Position numbers and translations under genes: made by a program. A stretch of DNA of 64,000 nucleotides, from NCBI GenBank assembly GCA_030248215.1, contig JASANG010000611.1, positions 124,001 through 188,000 of the forward strand, read 5' to 3'. Each line of letters opens with the position of its first letter. Position 1 is the first letter of the stretch. Of the stretch, positions 14,537-24,291 are shown piece after piece. The notes beneath the pieces were generated by a model. It worked only from the letters and a program-made list of their open reading frames with translations, made no database searches and was not told the DNA's origin. Source of the DNA: Enoplolaimus lenunculus. Lineage: Eukaryota.

Positions 14537-14973
14537 CTGTAGTGCCCCGAATAAGAGGGGTGGTAATAAGAGGGGGTCCCCATTTTGAGTCCCAATCATT
14601 AAGAGTCCGTATCCCTAATAAGAGTCCGTAAGCGGATAGAGTCCCTTACCCCTAATTAGGGTGTATAAATGTCAATTATCCCTATATAGCGCATAAATGA
14701 CTAGAGGACTAAACGTGAGTTCAAAACTTTAAAGGGTACTTAAGTTTTGAAAGTAAAATTCCAAAGTATAACCTTGCATTATCACTGAAGCTTTTGATGC
14801 AATGCAAAAAACGGTTAATTTAACGGATAGTTGCAATTCCATATATATATCAGGAAGGAAGGGTGGTGGAGAGCTGGTTGAAAATAAATAACAGTCCGTA
14901 ATCGTATAACAAGAGGGGTGCCCTCTGGAGAGCCCAAATAAATATCATACCCCTCTTATTCGGGTCACTACAG
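14537..14973. mobile_element. MITE with TA TSD (Tc1/mariner-type)
   Basis: TA-CTGTAGTGCCCCGAATAAGAGGGG ... CCCCTCTTATTCGGGTCACTACAG-TA. Relatives at 37385-37768, about 11850-12077, 54063-54880, about 1065-1081 and 1-90. Confidence 0.75.
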
Positions 14974-16779
14974 TATATCCAGATACCGCACATAATTTCG
15001 AAGTTTGCCAGTCAATGCTCGATGTGATACTACTATTATAGTTCCAATAACTAGTCTGTGTAGTAATGCTGCAAAAACCCAAGCTACGATTAACAGAGTG
15101 GGAAGCGGGCAATGATTTTTTTAACCGACACGTGCTTTACCAACGAAAACAATAACTTTTTACCCGTGGGTATACCTTCGCAAAAAAAGATCTGCCCACG
15201 ACTCCCCTTTTACCTGCGCTTGAAGTTAAACCAGTATTTTAAAGATCGCTGGTGCTTCGCGCTTTAATGAAATTTTGCGATATAGCTTCATTGAATTTTA
15301 CAAATGAAATTTTTAGTAGATATATCAAAATTTCAACCCCAAAATTAAAACACGGGCAGCACCCGGCCAGAAATAAAACAGACAATAGCGTAGGTTTTTC
15401 ACCTTAAAACTTAAAAAACTGTGAATTTTTTGCGCGCATGATAAAAACCTTTGCCCGCGGTATACCCGCGCCTCAAATTTTTTACCCGACCCGCGTTTAC
15501 TCGCCGATAAGCGCGGAGACCCGCGAGAACCCGCGGGTAATGCCCCACTGTGACGATGAAAATGTTATTAGACACCTAATTTGACTCAACATCTCTTTAC
15601 TTCCAAAATTATTTTATTGCAATTAAGCCCTTAAATCGATCTCCAACAGGAATAAAATTTCAGGAAGGGCATACAATAGTTTTTGATGACTTACAAGCAA
15701 AATTGAAATTTTTCTGGGGGATACAATGTTTCCGGGGGGCTCATCACCATGGTTCCTCTCTAGCTTCAAGCCCATACTTTGATTTGCTGTCTTGTTTTCC
15801 AGTAAGGAAAATCGAGATTTAAAATTCAGTCTGAAAGAATCCGTGGTGGCGGTGGTGGCCAGAAACTAAACATAAAAATAGTTCGAACATCTATTTTTAC
15901 GCCGTAGTGTCAACGATCACCATTTAAACTATTTTACCTGATTTCTGAACCATTACTAGACAATTATTTATTTTGTTACAAATTTTTATTGCAAAATTGC
16001 TAGAAACGATCGAAAAACAATTATTGAAACTAAAGTCAACACATCCAACTGAATAAGATGCTATAAAGTGAAACAATTACTAGTAAATTGATTGCACTTG
16101 AATTCTTTCTATTCAACAAAATTATCTTTAAACCTTCAACACGTATTAAATTAGCTATTTCTAAAGTTCTAACTTTTAAATTTGATTATGGAATTTTGGG
16201 TTATGATCGAACATTGGATTTCGGGGTATTAGGATTTGGTCGACTGTACGATTTTGGAATTTCCCATGTGATCCACCCGAACCCATTATTTCTTGCCCAG
16301 ACTCAGTGCCGTCTAACGAGACCACGCTTACATCTTAACAATATAATTATCTTAAAAGCATGAGCGCGTATTAAATGAGGCTATTTATAAGCTCTATTTT
16401 TTCAAATTTTAAAGTTTACTGATCTGACTTTGAAACACTCAGGTTCATGAGAGAAACTCAAATTCTTACTGCGACATATCTGAATTACGGTTATAGTGAC
16501 AGGTTTTATATTATGTCTAGGAATTTTTGCAGAAACTCTCAAAGCAAGTCAGCAAGTATCGTGAGAACACGACTGGGACAACGTGAACAGCTGCTTCAAA
16601 ACGTCACAACGCCGTACTACAACTATCCCACAATTGTTACTCATTTTCAAGAGCGAAACTCAGATTTGTACTGAAGTTTGTTCGAATATTTCCATTCGTT
16701 AAAAGGCAGTCAGGCGAACCAGCAATATCACATTTTACTTTAACTATTAATATTTGAATATATACTAAAATTTGCTTCA

Positions 16780-19135
16780 ATGGATGACCATTTGCCTATC
16801 TTGAAAATATCACGATTTTACAATAGTAAGAACTACATTGAAATACGAAGATTTGTTGAAATTATCTGCCGTTTAATATTTGAGCGTAAATATTCAGTTG
16901 AATTCGTTTCGCCTGAAGATAAATCTTTCGGAGCTGTAAACGCCAATGGCACATGGACGGGTATTATGAAAGATCTCATTAATGGAGTTACAAATCTATC
17001 AATGCCATACATGTTTTCTGCAATCGACCGAGTTGAAGCGCTCAAATATACGAAATATCCAATTTATGAGTTACGTGATGCGTTTTTGGTCAACAAAAAT
17101 ATGAAGCAAGAAAACGTAACGTACGTTTCAGATGTTTTTTGTGTTGTTTAAATTATTTGTAGTATCTTTTGACATAAGTTGATTTTAGGCCTAGAACAGC
17201 TAGCCAGTTTGTGCTCATGTATAGATTAGGGGGCTTAACGTCTATCTGCGGGACTGCAATAGAATAAGCTTGAACATTAGACTATTTTTTGTGTAGACTT
17301 AGGCTCAGGCGTAGGTCTAGGTATAAGATTATTTGTACCTTTAGGCTTAGGCTTATGCTTAGGCTTAGGAATACGCGAATACCGTTGGTACGGCTCTGTC
17401 TATGTAATTTTCTCAAGTTTGCAACAAAGTATATAATTTAGAGCTGCATTACCTACACTGATTGTTCAGTGTAGTATATCACTTTATAATCATCTTACCA
17501 CGGACTCACACCAAACGATTTCACAGATAAACGCTTAGTGGAGTATATAAGTTTAGTGCCGGAGCAGGCTAGGGTCGACCCCCAAAATTTCGGGGGTGAG
17601 AGCCCCTTGTCACGATCAAAATATTTTTCAATTTTTTTGTTTAAAATCTTGTTAGGGCAGCTGCCCTTGTTGGGGTGGGCCCCAAAATGGGGCATGGGGG
17701 TGGCAGATTCGGCCCTGCGCAACTTTTTAAATGGCAGGCATTTTTATTCAGCATCATGAGATACCATGCCTACAAGCGAAAACGTAGACCACAATCGCAT
17801 CAAGTTGTACGAATTCTCAGCCAGTTGTATTAGCCAGTCAGGTGCAGTTGCTGTAGAGGCTCGGGGCTCTGACAATTACTACCTTTTCTGTATAAATTGG
17901 CTATATAATTGAATTGCTGGAATGGTATGAACATATACTACAGACAGTAGATGCATTGAAAAGTGGGCCCACTTAAAGATCATTACTGGAAAACGTTTTT
18001 CTGCATGACCTCAATAGAGTAAGCTTAAGCTTTGTACAATTTTTTGTTAAGGTTAAGGCTCTAGCTTAGGAAGGTGTTTATTCTACTTTTGCGGCTCTGT
18101 TCTGTACATTGGTCGAAATAAATAATTTCGCGTACAAATAAGCCAGTAATTCATTGTAGACAAAAAGTAGCCTTAGCTTGAACTAGGTTTTTCGGGCTGG
18201 ATCCGGATTGGTCAACTCAAAGTTGGTGAGATTGTCGCGAATTTCTCAACGAAAAGGATGGCTTGAAATTTTAACCAAAACAGAAACTTATAATTCCGTT
18301 TAATAGGTTCCAGTGGCAGCTACTATTTTCATGGCAAATATGGTTGATAACAATTTCACTGTTGTTGTTTTTGGACGTTTTCTGTCTTCAAATTCGGTCA
18401 AAAAACCAAAAATGTGTCAACACGTGTTATTTTATTTATGTTCTTGTGTTTCAAATGTTGGTTTCGTCTGTAATTTTGAACAAATTTGTACCGTTCATCA
18501 CAGTACCGTTTAATGACGTTTTTGAAGCGGCCATTCAAGTTAAATATGGTAAATATCATATGATTTGCCCAAAAAGTTACTGCTCGGGTGGATATCGCGA
18601 TTTTCTTACTAGAGTGTTTAAGTCTTACTTTAATTGTACAGTGCCAGAACGAGTTCCAAACAACAACAATCAAAAATGCTTACAAATCAATGGTTTACGT
18701 TCGATTATTTCACACTTAAATGTTAATACCTCGGCATTTTTTTACTTACCCAGTGATGATGCCAATGTCTTGAGATATAAACATAACCAACTTAGCGTCA
18801 TTGAAGCAGAAGTTTCGCTGCGTCAAATGACAGTTGCGTATATTGCACTGCACAACTCGAATATACAGCTGGAAAACGAATACAACAGTGGATTAATGGC
18901 AGTGGATGCATATGGATTTGTTATATACTGGAAACGAAAATTGTCGCTTATGACAACACAAAAAGATCGTCAAACTATTGGTAATCCGCGTATAATTATT
19001 ACATCTGATCAACTAAAATCATTATTTTATGTTCTACTAGCAACACTATGCGTTTCCTGCACAATGCTACCGTTTGAATTGGTATACTTCAATGATTTCA
19101 ACGTCTACCAAGAGATACATTGGATTTTGGCGTAG
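16780..19135 (+). CDS. Divergent ionotropic receptor (iGluR/IR superfamily)-like gene, probable exons 16780-17120 and 18307-19135; 5' end unresolved, possibly a pseudogene
   Basis: S1-like YSVEFVSPEDKSFGAVNANGTWTGIMKDLING..DRVEALKYT. The splice AC|GTACGT..TTTAATAG|G joins it in frame to M1-like LFSWQIWLITISLLLF, then FITVPFNDVFE and a C-terminal TM LKSLFYVLLATLCVSCTMLPFEL. No signal peptide was found. Confidence 0.7.
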
Positions 19136-20754
19136 TTCTACACATATGGTTATAAACAGTCTGATAAATCGCGGTATGGGCTACACAATTATGGCAGGTG
19201 CAACCCTTTTAATTGCTACGCGAGTTTCTTGTAGCCTGGAATTGTATAAATGGCGATTCCGGCTCACTCCAAATTTGCTCTCATTCCTTAAAAATTTTAC
19301 AGATACGACGTGTTCACAATAAATTATTTTAAAAGAAAAATCCAGACTTCGGGAGAGGGGGGGTCACGGTTAAAAATATTAACTGGAGCAAAGACTCCTT
19401 TGGGATGTCGCAGCGTTTATAATAAAAAAAATTTGGCCGCTGCAAAACACTGAAATTTCCTAGCAACGGACAGGTGCGTTTGTAGGCGGTCGCATGAGCG
19501 CCGGGTAGATCATTTGCAGTCTAAGCGGCATGGAAAGTAACGCAATGCTATTTGCAATTTTCCAACGTGGTATACATACATATTACGAAATTAAAATCAA
19601 ATTTGATACATATGTCGCAGAGTACAGTGATTTAATAACATGAAACAAAGAATTATCACTTAGAGAAAGACAAAAATGTGTTATCTTAGCGACACGATAT
19701 ACTTAAGTACAGCAACGATATTTACAGAAATAGCGAAGTCAACCTAAAAGGCAACATATTCGTTCCCAATCGACAATTCTAGTAGTGAGAAAAAGGTGGG
19801 GGAGCGACAAAAAGGAGCAAACCCAGCTTTTTTGCACTACTACCAGTTGCATTGACAGAAGCATGGCTTCCAAAAATGGCAACAAATGCGAAAATTAATT
19901 TTTGCGTAATCCCTCAGCATTGGATAGGCTGAGGTTAGGTCTCGTTATGGTCAACAAAGCTTTGTTCTCGATATGAAATTATCTCTGAAAGTTAGTTTTG
20001 AACAATCTCTATACATAAAGTAATTAAAATTATAAAATTAAGTCTGTAGCCGTTTGACATGTCGACCAAGCATGCCAAATATTTTACAGGCAATAGAAAC
20101 ACGCTAAATTTAAATATAAAAATAGAATTCATTAAAAAATGGAACGAGATCATGAACAGCAAATGATAAGAAGCTTTCGAATAATCTGGTTCAGTCTGTT
20201 CCGACTATTAATTCCAAAAACACAAACTGGTGTTTGCTTTGTAAAAATCGAAACCGATTCCAATACCTTAAATTTTCCTTCAGTCTGAAAAAATACCGGC
20301 TTTGAAATTTTTGCCGAATTTCAAATCGAAGATCAACTTTTGTTAAACATCTTGATTGATATACAAACAACGAGTTTTAAGCGAACGTTTGGTGCAACTG
20401 CATTTAAGATGTTAAAGTTAGATGTATACTGCGCAACAGAGATAATCGCTTCATGACTTATGTACCGAGAAAAAGTGCAATAAAAATGTAGTGTGACTGC
20501 TCAATATTTGACAGCCGGTAAAAACGGAAATTCTGTATATACTTGTTGCACAACCCAACGTTTCGTTTTGACTGAACCTAGAACATTGTTAAAAACAAAG
20601 TACGAGTTAGTTCAAGTTTCGTTGCAAAAAAACCGGCTGCACCGAAACCGAAGTGTGATTCAGTTTGTGTAGTCCCGTAGAGCCTATTTCGGAGAGAGTC
20701 AATTTGACTCACAATTTTTTCCCAGCGACCGAAATTACGGCCCATGTATACTTG

Positions 20755-21600
20755 ACTGCAGGCTTTGGTTTAAGCATAAGTTAGATCTTAAACGACCCTT
20801 GCACTAAACACTAGGATTACACTTAGGCTTAGGCTTATTGTGCTTCGGCTTAGCCTTAGAGCGCGGCTTTAGAAATAGACTTTGGTTTAAACATAGATTA
20901 AATCTTAAATGACTTTTGGCTAAATCTATGGCTTGAGGCTTAGGCTTAGGCTTTTGGAGCGCGCTTAGGCAGTGGTTAAGCATAGATTAGGCGGTAAATG
21001 GCATAGGATTAGGCTTAGGCTTTAAACATAAGCTTTGGTTTAAACCTAAATTATACAGATCCTAAACGACCCTTGGGCTAAATCTCAGGCTTAGGCTTAG
21101 GCTTTGGGCTTAGGTTTAGGTTTAGGCTTAGGCTTCAAGAACATCTCCCCTTCGACCATATCTCGAAATCCCAAAATCCCATTACGCTTAGGCTTAGGCT
21201 CAGGCCTGGGCTTAGCTTTAAACTTAGGCTTTAGCAGCAGGCTTTGGTTTAAGCATAGATTAAATCTTAAATGACCCTTGGACTAAACCTTAGGCTTAGG
21301 CTTAGGCTTAAGCTTGATCTTAGGTTTAGGCTTAGACTGAGGCTTTAGGCATAGATTAAATCTTAAATGACCATTGGGCTAAATTTAAGGCTTAAAATAG
21401 GCTTAGGCTTAGACTTATTGTTTGGCTTGGGCTTAGGTTTGGGCCTCAGGGTTCGGTTAAGCATAGATTAGACGGTATGTCATACGCCAAATTGGCTTAG
21501 GTTTTAGGAATAGGATTTGGTTTAAACATGAGATTAGATCCTAAATGCCCATGGACTAATCTTAGGCTTAGGCTTAAATTGGGTTTAGGTTTAGACTTAG
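20755..21600 (+). repeat. Interstitial degenerate TTAGGC telomere-like array with ~120-bp higher-order unit
   Basis: Recurrent GCTTTGGTTTAAGCATAGATTAAATCTTAAATGACCCTTGG followed by (TTAGGC)n runs. Confidence 0.8.
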
Positions 21601-24291
21601 ACCAGATCTACCCAAGTCAGTGGATTTGAATGTAACTGCAATAGTTGGGTTGGTTGTAAGTAATTATCAAGTGAAATAAGCAAACTTTTCAGAATTGTTC
21701 AATATGGACCATTTTTACATTGACTTTTTATACTGTCAGTTAAAACTGAATCAGGAGGGTCTGGGACCATGTTCTAGCGAAAAATTAACAAGAATTACTG
21801 CTATGGGAAACACAAGAAACAATGTTAAAATGCATAGTTTTCCTCAATTTTTCTGTTTCGCTGGATGTTGCATTACATTAAAACCTTAAATTGGCATTAA
21901 GATGCTGCTCAGCAGCGCATTTTCGTAAAAACTATAGGTTTTTTCTTATGTCAAATCCTGCACAGTGCCTTTGGTCTTAAGTAGTAATCAAATTGGGCTT
22001 CTAATCCACTCTAAATTTTGCTTTAGATCATAAGAAAATCTATATTTCTATCTATTTAAAGTAAGGTTTGAGCCGATAACGTTACAGTTCCTACTAGTAG
22101 CTTTCGAAAATCTTTTAGGCCAAAGAAGCACGATGGTGGTGATAGGAAACCAAATAACAGATTGGCAGATGCAGCTAGCAACACAAACCCGTGCATAAAA
22201 CAAGAACATAGCAGAGTGAAAATTATCATGTATATAATTATAGTTTGGACGAGTCTTACAACTTCAAAAAATATAGACCTTCTTGTGCCGTCAGTTCAAA
22301 GTGACATCAGCAAGATACGGGTTAGGTTTAGGCATAAGCTATATAGTAGCGCCCCACCTTCGACTATATTCCGAAATCCCAAAATCACCCCTTCGACCAT
22401 ATTCCGAAATACCAAAATTTCCAAATCCCACTTTCGATATCATGAAATCCCAAAATCACTGCGTCGACAATATCCCGAAATTCCAAAATTCCACCTTCCA
22501 CCATATCCCAGAATCCCAAAATCCCACCTCCGACCATAGCTCAAATGTTGTTTCTGATAGGATTGTGGCATTTTAAGATGGCAGCGAGGTTTGAATGGGC
22601 CGAAATTTCAACTAAAAACGTTCGAATTACTTGCAGAACTCATGCCTTCTGCTAAAACGCAAAATTTGCTAATTTTTACCGTCTCTTCCAGCACCCCTTT
22701 GCATGGCCCTAATATGTGTTGAGGATAGGTAAGCTGTTCCAGTAATATATTCCCATTTCGCCAACTTTACCATTTTGAAACAAGAATCGATATTGAATCC
22801 TGTTTTTACGCCAAATGCTTCTTTCACTTTTCACTGGGCAGCCCGGAACATGTTTTGTTCGAGTTCATTAATCATCAACAAAAAGTGCTCTATATACCCG
22901 GTATGACCAGAAAATGTGAATATTACATGACACTGGCTTCTACGAACAAGTGCTCTCAACCTACAATCAAGTGGTTATCGTTTACAAGTAACCATCGGTC
23001 GAAAGACACTACGGACGTTAAATGCGAATACTATATTAGCATTCGCCAAATATCACATTGTACAAGACCATGTAATTTGAGCGCAATATTGATGCATCGT
23101 TAACTTTGTATCTCTCATGGACAGAGTGTTGAAAACACGAGCAAAACAGGCGTTGACGTCTGTTATTTAACGAGCAAGTATAAAAAGGTGTTAAATATTT
23201 GTTTTTGCACTAGTTGAAACTTTCTACTTGGGTTGTGGGCTTGTATGACTCCAAGGCACCAACTAGGGAAAAATTGTTCTAAAATCATCATTTTTCTTTG
23301 CATCTTTAGATTTTAGTGCTCTCAATTGTTGCGGTTGTGAATTTTTCAAAAAACACCAAAATAAAGCCGAGAACAGGTACAAGTATCTGCTCTATTTTAT
23401 TGGAATTGGTCAAAAATTCAAGTATTCCGCCATGGGTGAAAGCAGTTGATTTCGTTTATCTTTTCGTTTAGCACTGTTTGCCGTAGCATGATTATTTCGA
23501 ATTCATCTTATATCCTAGCCGGTAAATTTGGAAATCGTTACTTTTGCTTTCTTTAGCGTTTGTCTATAGATTGCGTTACAAGATAGGTGGCTGCTCTTTG
23601 TGTTCCATAGTTGGGCGCCGTAGCGTTTTCTATTTTTGAACCGGACAAGTTCCAGCTGATAAACATACTACATTTTTGCTTAAAGCTTAAATAGTCTTAG
23701 GCTTCGGGCTTTGCCATACAGTAGGCTTTAGGTGTAGGCTAGGAATATGCTATGTTTTGACCATTTTCTCCAGTCCGTAAAAAGAACGAGTACATCATTA
23801 AATCTAACAGGATCACGAGGGCTGTCGAGTCAGGTGAATCCTAGTCAACCATAGGAATCAAGTTTCAGCTTTGATCGAAGTTTCAGGAAGAAGGGAATGA
23901 CAAGTCCAAACTCAGTTTCCTACCAAATCCTTGCGTTTGCCCTATGCATTTGTTTGTGTGAGACAATTTTATTAAAATTTAATTCTTTTTCTCCGATTTC
24001 TAAGATTGTTACTGCATGAATAAAGAAAGGAAAAATAATACTAAGCTGTTTTTTCTGTAAATTTCAGGACCTAGTTGAAATAGCCAATACGGGATAATAA
24101 CATGTTTTTATTTATTGGTCTACTAGCATTTCCTATAAAATATATTTTATGGTATTTAGCCCTTTCAATTTCTTTACCAGAATTAAGAAGCCCCTATTAA
24201 TAATCATTACTTATTTGTTCCCCTTGGAGATACTTGTTTTACGGTTACGACGGTATTCGATTTATAAGTGATATAGCTAGCTACTACGTTG

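Noticed and set aside
16672..16743. Stop-codon reassignment or readthrough explaining the in-frame TGA/TAA upstream of the IR-like exon
   Set aside because: Neighbouring genes terminate normally at TAA and TGA, so pseudogenisation or chance is simpler.
20755..21600. True telomere or telomere-healing site
   Set aside because: Repeats are degenerate, interspersed with other sequence, and flanked by ordinary DNA on both sides.
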